The notes: generated from the letters alone by a model not told the origin. DNA of 64,000 nucleotides from Bacteroidota bacterium (GCA_052389695.1 JBQTHQ010000076.1:15728-79727), one strand, 5' to 3'. Shown: positions 38,055 through 49,611, numbered from the stretch's first letter. Translations and numbers: made by a program.

Positions 38055-39611
38055 CTAAATATGAAACTTTATCCCCTGCGCCAACGGAAGTTGCGATCCA
38101 TAATTGATGGTGTTTGTTTGTCTACGCATATACGCTTTCCACGCATCGGATCCTGACTCACGACCACCACCGGTTTCCTTTTCGCCTCCAAAAGCGCCTC
38201 CGATCTCGGCTCCTGATGTTCCTATATTTACATTGGCTATACCACAATCTGATCCTGCTTGCGATAAAAACAGTTCCATTTCACGCATGTTGTTTGTAAA
38301 TATGGATGATGATAACCCTTGCGGAACATCATTTTGCATCGCGACCGCCTCTTCCACTGTTTTATATTTCATCACATACAATATCGGAGCAAAGGTTTCC
38401 TCCTGAACAACAGGGTATTCATTCTTTGCCTCAATAATGCAGGGCTTTACATAACATCCGCTTTCATGTCCTTCTCCATTTAAAACTCCGCCTTCTACAA
38501 TTATTTTCCCGCCTTCTTTTTTCGCTTTTTCAATTGCATTCAAATATCCTTCAACAGCCTGCTTGTCTATCAGCGGACCCACATGATATGCCGCATCCAA
38601 AGGGTTTCCGATCTTTAATTGTCCGTATGTTTTTTTTAATGCTTCTATTGTTTTGTCGTATATATTTTCGTGCACGATCAGCCTGCGGGTAGTTGTGCAA
38701 CGTTGTCCGGCCGTTCCCACAGCACCAAACACCGCACCCACAAGCACCATATTTAGATCCGCATGTTCCGAAACAATAATTGCGTTGTTGCCTCCTAATT
38801 CCAATATCGTTTTTCCAAAACGTTCTGCCACAGTTTTTGAGACCTGTCTGCCTGCGCGTGTTGATCCGGTAAAGGAAACCATTGGAATACGCTTATCATT
38901 TGAAAGCAGCTCTCCTATTTTATGATCGCCAATTATCAAACAACAAACCCCTTCCGGCACATTATTTTTTCTTAGCACTTCTGAAATAATATTCTGACAT
39001 GCAATTGCGCAAATGGGCGTTTTTTCAGACGGCTTCCAAACACACACATCTCCACACACCCATGCTAACGCTGCATTCCAGCTCCACACCGCTACCGGAA
39101 AATTAAACGCGGAAATTATTCCCACTATCCCAAGCGGATGCCATTGCTCATACATTCTGTGCATTGGCCGCTCACTGTGCATGGTCAAACCGTATAACTG
39201 TCTTGATAAACCAACTGCAAAATCGCAGATGTCGATCATCTCCTGTACTTCTCCCAACCCCTCCTGTAAACTTTTACCCATTTCATACGAAACCAATTTC
39301 CCTAGTGGATCTTTGTATTTTCGCAATTCATCACCCACCTGACGAACGATCTCTCCTCGTTTGGGTGCCGGCATCAACCTCCAGGTTTTAAATACTTCAC
39401 CGGCTGTTTTTATGATGTTTTCATAGTCTTCCTTTGTAGCAGAATTTAAACTGCTGATTAGGTGTCCGTCAACAGGTGAATATGAATCTATTTTCACCCC
39501 TTTTGTGTTCATGTGTTTTAATCCGGTTGACGCACCATAATTAGTTGATGTTATTCCCAGTTCTTTAAGAACCTCCTGTATCCCTATATTTTTTGCTGTT
39601 AATGTTGTCAT
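38055..39611 (-). CDS. aldehyde dehydrogenase, ALDH7/antiquitin-like (probable aminoadipate/piperideine-6-carboxylate semialdehyde dehydrogenase)
   Basis: EMGKSLQEGLGEVQEMIDICDFAVGLSRQLYG closely parallels the ALDH7A1 signature; catalytic Glu (ELGGNNA) and Cys (GQRCTTTRR) present. Confidence 0.8.
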   Translation of the reverse strand: MTTLTAKNIGIQEVLKELGITSTNYGASTGLKHMNTKGVKIDSYSPVDGHLISSLNSATKEDYENIIKTAGEVFKTWRLMPAPKRGEIVRQVGDELRKYKDPLGKLVSYEMGKSLQEGLGEVQEMIDICDFAVGLSRQLYGLTMHSERPMHRMYEQWHPLGIVGIISAFNFPVAVWSWNAALAWVCGDVCVWKPSEKTPICAIACQNIISEVLRKNNVPEGVCCLIIGDHKIGELLSNDKRIPMVSFTGSTRAGRQVSKTVAERFGKTILELGGNNAIIVSEHADLNMVLVGAVFGAVGTAGQRCTTTRRLIVHENIYDKTIEALKKTYGQLKIGNPLDAAYHVGPLIDKQAVEGYLNAIEKAKKEGGKIIVEGGVLNGEGHESGCYVKPCIIEAKNEYPVVQEETFAPILYVMKYKTVEEAVAMQNDVPQGLSSSIFTNNMREMELFLSQAGSDCGIANVNIGTSGAEIGGAFGGEKETGGGRESGSDAWKAYMRRQTNTINYGSQLPLAQGIKFHI

Positions 39612-39675
39612 ATTCTTTAATTATTACCAATCTATATTACGTTCATATATTCGTGTTTTCGTTATTCGTTGATTT

Positions 39676-40662
39676 TTATAGTCCAAACTTGGCAGAAAGT
39701 TCCAGCATTCTTACAATTGGTTTTTTCGCTTTTTCGATCAAATCTGCTGATAAAGTTATTTCCGGCTGTTCGTATTTAATGCAATTATAAAGTTTTTCCA
39801 GCGTATTTAATTTCATATGCGGGCAATCATTGCAAGCGCAAGAATTGTTAGGTGGCGCAGGTATAAATGTTTTTCCCGGATTGCTTTTTTCCATCTGGTG
39901 AATGATCCCTGTCTCCGTTGCTACAATAAATTCTTTTATCTCTGATTTTGTAGTATAATTTAATAAGGCTGTTGTGCTACCAATATAATCAGCCGCTTCC
40001 AATAAATTAGCTTCGCATTCCGGATGGGCGATTAATTTAGCATGGGGATGCTGGTTCTTTAATTTAACAATTTTCTCTAAAGAAAAAATTTCATGTACCA
40101 TACAGCTTCCGTCCCACAGCACCATATTCCTTCCTGTTTTTTTTCTGATATAAGCCCCTAAATTCTTATCCGGTGCAAATATTATTTTTTGATCCTTCGG
40201 TAAACTTTCAACTATTTTCTCTGCATTAGAAGATGTACAAATAATATCTGTTAATGCTTTTATTTCTGCGGAACAATTGATGTACGAAATCACCAAATGA
40301 TCAGGGTGTTTCGATTTAAATTCAGCGAATTTATCTGCAGGGCAGGAATCTGCTAATGAACAGCCGGCGCGTAGGTCGGGCAACAAAACCTTTTTTTTCG
40401 GACAAAGTATTTTAGCGGTTTCGGCCATGAAATGAACCCCTGCAAACACGATGATGTCTGCATTTGTTTTCGCGGCCTGTTGTGACAAGCCCAAACTATC
40501 TCCAATATAATCGGCAATATCCTGTATGTCAGCATCCTGATAGTAATGGGCAAGTATAACCGCATTTTTTTCTTTTTTAAGTTTATTTATTTCAGCGAAC
40601 AAATCTAAAGAAAAATCGATCGGAATATCAAGAAACCCTTTCGTGGATAAATCGTTTGACAT
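39676..40662 (-). CDS. nadA: quinolinate synthase
   Basis: 328 aa; [24 protein letters not shown]...[10 protein letters not shown]...[13 protein letters not shown]... matches NadA three-repeat signature. Confidence 0.9.
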   Translation of the reverse strand: MSNDLSTKGFLDIPIDFSLDLFAEINKLKKEKNAVILAHYYQDADIQDIADYIGDSLGLSQQAAKTNADIIVFAGVHFMAETAKILCPKKKVLLPDLRAGCSLADSCPADKFAEFKSKHPDHLVISYINCSAEIKALTDIICTSSNAEKIVESLPKDQKIIFAPDKNLGAYIRKKTGRNMVLWDGSCMVHEIFSLEKIVKLKNQHPHAKLIAHPECEANLLEAADYIGSTTALLNYTTKSEIKEFIVATETGIIHQMEKSNPGKTFIPAPPNNSCACNDCPHMKLNTLEKLYNCIKYEQPEITLSADLIEKAKKPIVRMLELSAKFGL

Positions 40663-41171
40663 TATATATATTATATTTTATTTAAAATTTAAAAAGAAAA
40701 TAATACTGTTATTAGTCTGTTAATATGGTTAAGAAAAATACTCAAAAATGATTGATTATTTGATTTGTGATATTTAAATGACAAGTTATAAGTTTGTAAT
40801 GTATTGAATATTAGAATAATGAACTGTTATAAACACGCTGTTAATTATGTTTTAATCTGATAACTTTAATGCAAAAATACATTTAATTGTGTTGTAAAGG
40901 TGTTCACGTTTCCTATTAAATTATAATAACAAAAAGACAGTATATCCAAAAATTATACAAGAGGAACCATAAATGAACAATCCTAGATAAATCTTATATT
41001 TGTTTACAACATAATGCGTTCTTTTCAACAAAATCAATGTTGATAAAATATATTTCTATAATACTAGTTATCAGGGCTTTATTTACAAACTTTACAAACG
41101 TGTTAATAAGGCCAAAAAGCTGTTAGTAACGATGTTTTTTAATAATAGTGCATACCGCAAAAACCACACCA

Positions 41172-41606
41172 ATGAAGATAGCGATAGGTTCAGATCATGC
41201 AGGGTTCCCTTTGAAGGAGAAACTTAAAACACATTTACAATCAAAAGGAATTGAATTAAAAGATTTTGGTTGTTATACAGAAGAGCGGGCGGATTATCCC
41301 GATTTCGCACATTCAGTAGCAATGGGAATTATAAATAAAGATTTTGATTTCGGTTTATTGATTTGCGGAAGTGGCAACGGAATTAATATGGCCGCCAATA
41401 AGCATCGTCAAATACGTTCTGCATTGTGCTGGATGCCCGAAATAGCGGAATTGTCCAGGCTACACAATGATGCCAATATTTTAACCTTGCCGGGACGCTA
41501 TATAAAAGAAGAAGAAGCAAAAAAATGCGTGGATGTTTTTTTGAGTACGGGATTTGAAGGAGGCCGACACACGGAAAGGGTAAAAAAGATCTCGAAAGGG
41601 TGCTGA
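41172..41606 (+). CDS. rpiB: ribose-5-phosphate isomerase B
   Basis: Start at MKIAIGSDHAGF; LICGSGNGINMAANK; ~145 aa RpiB/LacAB fold. Confidence 0.85.
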   Translation: MKIAIGSDHAGFPLKEKLKTHLQSKGIELKDFGCYTEERADYPDFAHSVAMGIINKDFDFGLLICGSGNGINMAANKHRQIRSALCWMPEIAELSRLHNDANILTLPGRYIKEEEAKKCVDVFLSTGFEGGRHTERVKKISKGC

Positions 41607-41640
41607 CCTATTAATTACGAATTATACGAATCTGTGTGAA

Positions 41641-43194
41641 ATGAAAATATCTTTGTGCCTCTGCGCCTTTCTGGTTAATCTTCTTTTTTTTCCTTCTTTT
41701 ATTGTTGCACAAAAAGACACGATAGCCGTCCGCTATTCAAAAAACATTACCAAAGCCGGTCTGAGTAAAAATTTGCACGTATTAGCATCTGATGAATATG
41801 AAGGCCGCGAAACCGGAGAGAAAGGCCAAAAGATGGCAGCAGAATACATTGCCAATCAATTCAAAGCGGCAGGAATACCCCCTTATAAGGAAAACACTTA
41901 TTACCAGGAATTTTCATTGAACGTAATCTTGCCAACGCCAGCCCAGCTTTCTGTTAAAGGAAAAAATTATGAAGCCAATAAAGATTATTATAGCTTCCCC
42001 GGCCAAAGCGAACAAAAAATAGAAATTAATTCGGTGCAATTTTTGGGTTATGGAATAGAAGAAGATAATTACAATGACTATAAAGAAACAGACGTAAAAG
42101 ATAAAGCCATAATGATATTGGCCGGAGAACCGTTTAAGGATTCTTTGTCGCTGATATCCGGAAAGAAGAAGCCTTCCATGTGGTCCACCTATTACAGGCT
42201 AAAACCTGAAAAAGCAAAAGAAAAAGGCGCTAAATTATTGTTGATAGTTGTTGAAGACATTGCAAAAAATATTGCAGACAACAAGCACCGGTTAGAATCC
42301 TCTTCAATGAAGCTGGAGTTAAGCAAAACAGAAATGCCGGTCATTTATATTTCTAAACAGTTGGCAGAAGACATCCTCAAAAAACAAACAGTAGAAAAGA
42401 TAAAACAAAAAATTTCCGCAAGCTCAGCAACTGTTCGCTTATCTGTTAAAACAAAACTTGTGATCGCAATTAAAAATAAAGTGCAAAAAATAAGTTCAGA
42501 AAATGTATTGGGATATATTGAAGGAACAGACAAAAAAGAAGAAGTAATTGTGATTACCGCACATTATGATCACCTAGGGAAAGAAGGCGAAATCGTTTAT
42601 AATGGCGCCGATGACGACGGCTCGGGAACGGTTGCTGTCATTGAGCTTGCACAGGCCTTCGCGAAAGCAAAAAAAGAAGGATATGGCCCACGAAGAAGTA
42701 TTTTATTTATGGGGGTGGCCGGTGAAGAAAAAGGTTTGTTGGGCTCATCTTATTATGTGGAGCATCCGGAGTTCCCACTAAAAAATACGATGTGCGACCT
42801 GAACATTGATATGATCGGTAGGTTGGATGAAAGACATGCGGACAACCCCAACTACATTTATCTAATAGGCTCTGATAAGCTGAGCAGCGATCTGCACAAC
42901 ATCAGTGAAAGCGCGAATAAGACATATACAAATATTGAGCTGGATTATATTTATAATGACGAGAAAGACAAGAACAGGTTTTATTATAGATCCGATCATT
43001 ACAATTTTGCTAAAAAGGGGATTCCCGTGATATTTTATTTCAATGGCGTTCACGAAGATTATCATAAAGAAACAGATGAGGTAGAAAAAATAAATTTTGA
43101 AAAAATTGAAAGAATTACAAAGCTTGTTTTTTTTACAGCCTGGGAACTGGCGAACAGAAATGAGAAAATAGTTGTGGATAGCAATAAGAAATAA
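41641..43194 (+). CDS. M28 family zinc aminopeptidase with PA domain, secreted
   Basis: Signal peptide; ITAHYDHLGK...GADDDGSGTVAVIELA...GVAGEEKGLLGSSYYV...DHYNFAKKGIPV metal-binding blocks of M28. Confidence 0.8.
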   Translation: MKISLCLCAFLVNLLFFPSFIVAQKDTIAVRYSKNITKAGLSKNLHVLASDEYEGRETGEKGQKMAAEYIANQFKAAGIPPYKENTYYQEFSLNVILPTPAQLSVKGKNYEANKDYYSFPGQSEQKIEINSVQFLGYGIEEDNYNDYKETDVKDKAIMILAGEPFKDSLSLISGKKKPSMWSTYYRLKPEKAKEKGAKLLLIVVEDIAKNIADNKHRLESSSMKLELSKTEMPVIYISKQLAEDILKKQTVEKIKQKISASSATVRLSVKTKLVIAIKNKVQKISSENVLGYIEGTDKKEEVIVITAHYDHLGKEGEIVYNGADDDGSGTVAVIELAQAFAKAKKEGYGPRRSILFMGVAGEEKGLLGSSYYVEHPEFPLKNTMCDLNIDMIGRLDERHADNPNYIYLIGSDKLSSDLHNISESANKTYTNIELDYIYNDEKDKNRFYYRSDHYNFAKKGIPVIFYFNGVHEDYHKETDEVEKINFEKIERITKLVFFTAWELANRNEKIVVDSNKK

Positions 43195-43200
43195 CGTAGT

Positions 43201-44580
43201 ATGACATCTGCCGAAAAATTTTTAGAAGCTTCAGAAAAAATGACCTTTGATTTGGGCCACAGGAAAAGGATTGCCTATAATATAGGTCAGTATGATAAAA
43301 AAGTTATAGAAGGCAAAGAACAATTCGCGAATCTTGAACTTGCCAAAACACGTGCTGCTGCCATTAAACAAAAGTCGATTGACAATCTTGAAAAATATTT
43401 AATTGAATTTGAGGCTGCATTTATTAAGCGCGGAGGAAAAGTAATTTGGGCGCAGGATTCAGAAGAAGCATTAAAGGAGTCTTTACAGATCATGCGAAAA
43501 GCAAAGGCGAAAACAGTTGTGAAAGCCAAGTCGATGGTGACGGAGGAGATTCATCTGAACGAAGAGCTTGAAAAAAACGGGATAGAAAGTATTGAAACCG
43601 ACCTTGGTGAATATATTGTACAGCTTAGAAAAGAGCCGCCCTATCACATTGTAACGCCCGCCATGCATCTTTCAAAAGAAGATGTTGCACAAACGTTTAA
43701 TGAGAAAAAGGGAACACCGCTCGACTACACACCGGAACAAGTAACAAATTTTGTGCGCAAGGAATTGCGTGCCAGATACAGCAAAGCCGAAGTTGGCGTT
43801 AGCGGAGGGAATTTTTTAATTGCGGATATTGGCGCAGTAGCTACTACAGAAAATGAAGGAAACGGATTGATGTCCATGTCATTTCCCAAAGTTCAGATCC
43901 TGATCGTGGGAATAGAAAAAATAATTCCCTCCATGTTGGACCTTGACCTATTCTGGTCCTTGCTATCCACGTATGGAACCGGGCAGCCATTAACCGTTTA
44001 TAATACTATATATACAGGACCCAAACAACAAGGCGAAGTAGACGGCCCTGAAGAAATGTATGTGATCCTATTGGACAATGGTCGCACAACCGTGTTGGCT
44101 GAAACAGAGCAAAGGCGAGCGCTTTCCTGCATCCGCTGTGGAGCATGTTTAAATATATGTCCGGTATATCAAAATATTGGCGGGCACTCTTATGGCGCCA
44201 CATACAGCGGCCCCATTGGCTCGGTCATTACTCCTCACTTCAAAGGAATGGAAGAGTTCAAACATTTGAGCTATGCATCAACCATGTGTGGGAAATGCAC
44301 CGAAGTGTGCCCGGTGAAAATCGATATTCATAAATTATTGTTGATCAACCGCAAGCAGTCAATCGACGAAGGTTTGGCAGCCAAAGCAGAAAATTGGGCA
44401 TGGCATGTATGGAAAAGAGCAATGCTGAAACGCAGTAAAATGGATTGGGGTGGAGCCAAAGTAAAGAACCTGCTACTCAAGCAATTTTTTAAAAAGCAAT
44501 GGGGCGAACGCAGGGAATTGCCACAAGTTGCGACCAGATCATTTAACCAGATCTGGAGAGAAAGAAAAGGAATAAAATAA
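43201..44580 (+). CDS. LutB/LldF-like iron-sulfur protein (LUD domain plus two 4Fe-4S ferredoxin motifs)
   Basis: CIRCGACLNICPVYQ and CGKCTEVCPVKID cluster motifs after an N-terminal LUD-type domain. Confidence 0.7.
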   Translation: MTSAEKFLEASEKMTFDLGHRKRIAYNIGQYDKKVIEGKEQFANLELAKTRAAAIKQKSIDNLEKYLIEFEAAFIKRGGKVIWAQDSEEALKESLQIMRKAKAKTVVKAKSMVTEEIHLNEELEKNGIESIETDLGEYIVQLRKEPPYHIVTPAMHLSKEDVAQTFNEKKGTPLDYTPEQVTNFVRKELRARYSKAEVGVSGGNFLIADIGAVATTENEGNGLMSMSFPKVQILIVGIEKIIPSMLDLDLFWSLLSTYGTGQPLTVYNTIYTGPKQQGEVDGPEEMYVILLDNGRTTVLAETEQRRALSCIRCGACLNICPVYQNIGGHSYGATYSGPIGSVITPHFKGMEEFKHLSYASTMCGKCTEVCPVKIDIHKLLLINRKQSIDEGLAAKAENWAWHVWKRAMLKRSKMDWGGAKVKNLLLKQFFKKQWGERRELPQVATRSFNQIWRERKGIK

Positions 44581-44602
44581 GCCGGAATTAGGCGGGTTAA
44601 AA

Positions 44603-47600
44603 TTATTTTATCATTTCTTTTAACTTATCAGATTTATCTTTTCCCAATGAAACTTTATAGTTATCCGGATTACCTGCGATTTTAATATTTACATAACGTA
44701 TTTTTTTCTCAGGATCGGCATATTGTATGGCATCCGTTTGTTCCGGGTCCACTTCTTCTGCTTTTTTGCCAAATAACTTTGCTGAGCCAGCCTGGGTGAC
44801 CATTTTCCATGGGATTTTCAAATAATACTCCATATTAAAATCCATATCCTGTTTACCGGAGATTTCCATAAACCCGAGAGAGGAGTTGATGCGCATTTTT
44901 GGAATGTTAAGTACGCCTTTGGTTAAATCAATATGATTTGCAAGTGTATCAAAAAAGACCTTCTTCAGATTCTTGTCATGAAAAAATTCAGCAACATGAT
45001 CGAGCATCTTATAGTTTTCAAGGCGCCCGTTAACAACTTCAACATCTAAGTGAATTTCTGAGTCATCGATCTTAGGAACAAGATCGGTGTGCATATGTAT
45101 TTTTCCGGTAATATTTCCTGAGAATTTCCCATGAAGATTTTCCGAAACAAGATGATCCTGTCCGAAGTTTTCAAATTTAAAAAGCAGTTTATCGAGGTCC
45201 ACGTTTTTAACTTTCATGTTAGGACTGAAATAAATTTGTTTTGGATTGGAACCATTAAAATAACCGCCAATATCAAATGCGCCTCCCGCCGCGTTAAGAT
45301 GCATTTTATCAATATAAACATAGTGATTGGGCGTGGTGCGCCATTTTGCCGTTACATTGTTTAAAACATACCGGTGATAATTGAATCGATTTATATTGAT
45401 ATCAAAAGTCATATCTGTAAACGGTAATTCGTAGATATTGAACCCTTTATCATGTTCAACGGTATTTGTGTCGGGCGGATGATAAATGAACAGCTCATCA
45501 AAATCAAGCAATGAGCAGGTGAGTTCAAAGTGATTATCGCGTTTTTTTATAGCTTCATTTTTTCCAAAGTAATAATGTAATGTTGTTTTCAGGTCTGATT
45601 TCCCTATTTTACCTGAGAAGTTATCTACCACCAGGTGCTCGTCTTCATAATGCACCCTTCCTTTAAAATTTTCAAAACGTAAAGGATGCAGCTTCATTTT
45701 TGCATCAAAACGATCCAGATAAAAATCGATCGATCTTAAACTGTCTTTGAAATGCAGATCAGTATAACCATGTACAACAAGATTTTTAAATTCTTCGTGA
45801 CGGTAATCCTCGGGCACATAATTTTCTCCTTTGTATGAAAAAATATCTTCTAGCTGCAGAACCGATGAGGTAAGGTTAAATTCAACTTTTGTATCTCCGG
45901 CAGAGTGGTCATCAAACCAAAGGTTGTAATTTCGGAGCTTTCCGGAAAAGAAAAAATCGCTTTTGTCAATCATCCCTTTAAAATCAACTATTCTAAAATC
46001 TTCTCCATCAATAAAAATATCTGCATGAAAATCATGAAGCGTATGCGGATAGTGCTTTAATCCGGCATAAAGGTTTGTAACAAAAAATTCCCCAACAGGC
46101 AGATTAGGGGATTCTGTGAATGCTTTTGCTGAGCTTTTAAATTCCAGGTTGAGAGAAAGGTTCTGTATCTGTTCATCAATGGATTTTACAGAGTCAGATC
46201 CAGTAAGCTCAAAGAGGTCAATGTATTTGCTTTTTATGTTAAGGCTTGTGTTTACCGGAGTGGCCGTATGGTGTATGATGGCCGGCAGATCACTTATTGT
46301 TCCGCTTAAATGAAGATCGGATTTTCCTACAGAAACATTTGCGTATTCAATATTTGCCTTGTGTCCATTTAACTCGGCATACAGATCAAGATTCCGTATT
46401 GGCAATGCATATTTTGAAGAAGTAAAACTGAGATCTTCTATTTTGAGCTGAGTAAAATAAGATTCATTCAGTTTTTCAATGCTCTTTTCCGGAAATTCGA
46501 GGTCAATAATATCCCGGAAATTCATGGTAAGCCATATTTTGCCACTCAGGTCCTGAAGGCTTTTCAGGTTAAAAAACTTAGCCAGAAAGTCGAGTTCAAA
46601 CTCAGATTTTAACTGAAGATTTATTTCTGGGGAACTAAAATTTTTTACAGTTAGATTTCCGCGGAAAATACCTGCTTCCGGCCGAGCGGAAAAATCCTGT
46701 AAACTGAGTTCCATTGTTGAAGCATTGCGCTTTTCCCCATTTGTAAAATGCCCTTTAAAACGCATGGCATCTAATTTTTTATTTACTGTTGTGTTATTGA
46801 AATAAGCGTCTGCACAACCAAAATCGGCGTTTATGCTTGGATTATTCCCGTTTATTGATTTTCCTTTAATGGCGGCATTAAAGTATATTTTTCCCCTGTT
46901 GTCATATTTTCTGAGGGTAGGAATGAGCTCTTCAGGAGCCATGGCAATGAATAAATCAAAGTTTGGTTTATTACCGTTGAATTTCAGATCAAGCAACACA
47001 TCGTTTAAAAAATCAATTGTGCCTTCAACATTAAATTCCGCGCCCTCAAGCTTCATTATAGAAGGGCGGATTGTCATAACTTCCTTTTTTTGTAAAAAAT
47101 CAATTTCTGTTTTTAGCTCAAAATGCTTGTGTTTAATAAATGTGGTATCGTTGTTTGAAACAATGTTGAGCTCAAATTTGGAATCTATGTAAGCGTAGAT
47201 ATGCTGCGGAGAGGTTTTAAATTTTGAAGCCGCATGGCTGATATATGCATCTGCCAGAAGATTATTTTGTTCATTTAATTTTACCAGATGAATATTTTCA
47301 AGCTCAATTTTCTTTAAATCAAGATGGAATTCCTTGTTTGGATCTATTTCTTTATCCGAAGAGAGGGCTTTTACAATATTGAATTCTCCATCCAAATGCT
47401 GAATAAGATTTAAGCGGCCATTTTTCAGGGTAAGCTTTTTTATTTCCATATTTCCTGCAAGGATTGTCCAGAAGTCAAAGCCCAAATAAATGTCTTTTAA
47501 ATTGGCAATGGCCGCTATATTTTTAGCTTTATTCTCATGAATTTCCACAGTTTCAAGATCAATGGATATATATGGGAAGTTTTCAAAAAGTGAAATGTGA

Positions 47601-47794
47601 GAACCTTTAATTTCAACGCACCCTTTAAAATCCTTATTCATGTCAGCGATTAACCGCTGAACAACTTTATCCTGCTGCCAATAAAGTATTGTAACGGAAA
47701 TAAAAAGCAATGCCAGGGGAATTCCTGTGACCGTGAGCAAAATCCATTTTCTGAATTTGTTTTTAAAAAATGCAGAATACACTAATTTTTTCAT
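44603..47794 (-). CDS. AsmA/TamB-like large envelope protein (translocation and assembly module family)
   Basis: Start at MKKLVYS with single N-terminal TM (WILLTVTGIPLALLFISVTILYW), ~1060 aa beta-rich repetitive body typical of AsmA-like proteins. Confidence 0.6.
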   Translation of the reverse strand: MKKLVYSAFFKNKFRKWILLTVTGIPLALLFISVTILYWQQDKVVQRLIADMNKDFKGCVEIKGSHISLFENFPYISIDLETVEIHENKAKNIAAIANLKDIYLGFDFWTILAGNMEIKKLTLKNGRLNLIQHLDGEFNIVKALSSDKEIDPNKEFHLDLKKIELENIHLVKLNEQNNLLADAYISHAASKFKTSPQHIYAYIDSKFELNIVSNNDTTFIKHKHFELKTEIDFLQKKEVMTIRPSIMKLEGAEFNVEGTIDFLNDVLLDLKFNGNKPNFDLFIAMAPEELIPTLRKYDNRGKIYFNAAIKGKSINGNNPSINADFGCADAYFNNTTVNKKLDAMRFKGHFTNGEKRNASTMELSLQDFSARPEAGIFRGNLTVKNFSSPEINLQLKSEFELDFLAKFFNLKSLQDLSGKIWLTMNFRDIIDLEFPEKSIEKLNESYFTQLKIEDLSFTSSKYALPIRNLDLYAELNGHKANIEYANVSVGKSDLHLSGTISDLPAIIHHTATPVNTSLNIKSKYIDLFELTGSDSVKSIDEQIQNLSLNLEFKSSAKAFTESPNLPVGEFFVTNLYAGLKHYPHTLHDFHADIFIDGEDFRIVDFKGMIDKSDFFFSGKLRNYNLWFDDHSAGDTKVEFNLTSSVLQLEDIFSYKGENYVPEDYRHEEFKNLVVHGYTDLHFKDSLRSIDFYLDRFDAKMKLHPLRFENFKGRVHYEDEHLVVDNFSGKIGKSDLKTTLHYYFGKNEAIKKRDNHFELTCSLLDFDELFIYHPPDTNTVEHDKGFNIYELPFTDMTFDININRFNYHRYVLNNVTAKWRTTPNHYVYIDKMHLNAAGGAFDIGGYFNGSNPKQIYFSPNMKVKNVDLDKLLFKFENFGQDHLVSENLHGKFSGNITGKIHMHTDLVPKIDDSEIHLDVEVVNGRLENYKMLDHVAEFFHDKNLKKVFFDTLANHIDLTKGVLNIPKMRINSSLGFMEISGKQDMDFNMEYYLKIPWKMVTQAGSAKLFGKKAEEVDPEQTDAIQYADPEKKIRYVNIKIAGNPDNYKVSLGKDKSDKLKEMIK

Positions 47795-47912
47795 GTTGTT
47801 TATGATATCCGAAGTTAAGAAAAAGAGCCGGAAAGAAAATTTTTTCTGACAAAACAATTGAAAAAAGTATTGACCGGGAACCCATTTATTAGAGAATCAG
47901 TACATTCGCAGC

Positions 47913-48335
47913 ATGATCCACTTTCATGCCGAAAATATAAAATTTACCCTGAAGAATAAATCCATTCTTAAACAATGGATTACAGCAGTTATCAGAAAAA
48001 ATAAATGCAAAAAAGGCGGCATAGCATTTGTTTTCTGCCCGGATGAGTACCTGCTGAACATCAATAAAGAATATCTCAATCACAATACATATACGGACAT
48101 TGTTACCTTTGACTATACAGAAGGGAACATGATCAAAGGAGATATTTTTATCAGTGTTGAAAGGGTGAAAGAGAATGCGGTGAAATTTTCCAAATCATTT
48201 GAGGATGAATTGCACCGGGTGATCATTCATGGGATTTTGCATTTGCTGGGTTATAAAGACAAAACAAAAGCTGCAAAAGCAGAGATGACAAAGCAGGAAG
48301 ATACTTGTTTGAGGAAATTAAGAAAGCTCTTATAG
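47913..48335 (+). CDS. ybeY: rRNA maturation RNase YbeY
   Basis: H-x3-H-x5-H metal site HGILHLLGY; 140 aa. Confidence 0.85.
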   Translation: MIHFHAENIKFTLKNKSILKQWITAVIRKNKCKKGGIAFVFCPDEYLLNINKEYLNHNTYTDIVTFDYTEGNMIKGDIFISVERVKENAVKFSKSFEDELHRVIIHGILHLLGYKDKTKAAKAEMTKQEDTCLRKLRKLL

Positions 48336-48395
48336 TGCGTTGGTCATTTCAGGCCCTCCTGAAAGCCTGCCAATTTCTCGACAAGCTCGAAATGA

Positions 48396-49586
48396 CTAAT
48401 GACCAATAGCATCAACTCCAGGAAGATTCCCGCTCTCAATATATTCCAGTAAAGCGCCACCACCGGTAGAAACATAAGAAACGTCGCTTCCTAAATTATA
48501 TTTATTGATCGCAGCAACAGAATCCCCTCCTCCTATTAATGAATAAGCGCCGGTTTTTGTAGCCTTTACGATCGCTTCTGCAACGGCTTTGGTGCCATGT
48601 TCAAAACTGCTCATTTCAAACACACCCATTGGTCCGTTCCATAAAACAGTTTTTGATTTTGAAATTACATCGGCATATAATTTTTCTGTATCAGGGCCAA
48701 TGTCTAAGCCCAACCAACCATCCGGAATATTTTTAATATCTACTGTTTGTTTGTTGGCATCGTTTGAAAATCCGTCAGCAATAACTGTATCTACAGGAAT
48801 ATAAATATTTACGCCTTTAGCTTTTGCGTCACTTAATATTTTTAAAGCAATGTCTAATTTATCTTCTTCCACTAATGATTTTCCAACTTTTCCGCCTTGT
48901 GCTTTAATGAACGTATATGACATTCCCCCTCCAATGATCAGGTTGTCGATTTTATCCAGCAGTTTTTCAATGATCAATATTTTCCCGGAAACCTTTGCCC
49001 CTCCCATGATTGCAGTTAATGGTTTTTCGGAGCAGTTCAGTACTTTGTTGATGCTGGCTAACTCACTCGCCATTACATAACCAAACACTTTATCTTTCGG
49101 AAAAAATTTCGCGACAACAGTAGTGGATGCATGCGCGCGGTGTGCAGTGCCAAAGGCGTCATTCACATACACATTACCTAAAGAAGCCAATTCCTGTGCA
49201 AATGATTCCGTTCCTGCTGTTTCCTGTTTATAAAAACGTAAATTTTCAAGCAACAACACTTCGCCTGCTTTCAAGTCAGTTGCAGTTTTTTTGGCTTCAG
49301 CGCCAATGCAATCGTTCACAAATTTTACAGGCCTCCCAAGGGCCTTGCTTAAATGGTTTACAATATGTTTCAATGAATATTTTTCTTCAGGCTGGTCCTT
49401 TGGCCGTCCTAAATGCGACATTAAAATAACTGCGCCTCCGTCTTTTAGAATTTTATTGATCGTGGGCAATGCTGTACTGATGCGGGTGTCGTCAGTGATG
49501 TTGTATTGCGCATCTAAAGGCACATTAAAATCAACACGCACCAGCGCTTTTTTTCCTTTGAAATTGTAGTTGTCAACTGTTTTCAT
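48396..49586 (-). CDS. pgk: phosphoglycerate kinase
   Basis: 396 aa; [10 protein letters not shown]-terminus, GGGAS/…GGGDSVAA nucleotide-binding blocks. Confidence 0.92.
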   Translation of the reverse strand: MKTVDNYNFKGKKALVRVDFNVPLDAQYNITDDTRISTALPTINKILKDGGAVILMSHLGRPKDQPEEKYSLKHIVNHLSKALGRPVKFVNDCIGAEAKKTATDLKAGEVLLLENLRFYKQETAGTESFAQELASLGNVYVNDAFGTAHRAHASTTVVAKFFPKDKVFGYVMASELASINKVLNCSEKPLTAIMGGAKVSGKILIIEKLLDKIDNLIIGGGMSYTFIKAQGGKVGKSLVEEDKLDIALKILSDAKAKGVNIYIPVDTVIADGFSNDANKQTVDIKNIPDGWLGLDIGPDTEKLYADVISKSKTVLWNGPMGVFEMSSFEHGTKAVAEAIVKATKTGAYSLIGGGDSVAAINKYNLGSDVSYVSTGGGALLEYIESGNLPGVDAIGH

Positions 49587-49611
49587 AGAGAATGCTAATT
49601 TTAAATATTTA

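Noticed and set aside
38104-39391. Several plus-strand ORFs (61-109 aa) inside the ALDH gene
   Set aside because: Antisense to a conserved ALDH7-like gene.
40663-41171. 485-bp AT-rich gap between nadA and rpiB as a possible sRNA locus
   Set aside because: Divergent promoter region; no hairpin/terminator or conserved structure could be supported by eye, so left uncalled.
46833-47192. 119-aa plus-strand ORF inside the AsmA/TamB-like gene
   Set aside because: Antisense shadow ORF within a long, well-supported minus-strand gene; no independent signals.
48589-49569. Several 70-100-aa plus-strand ORFs inside pgk
   Set aside because: pgk on the minus strand is full length and highly conserved; these are antisense artefacts.
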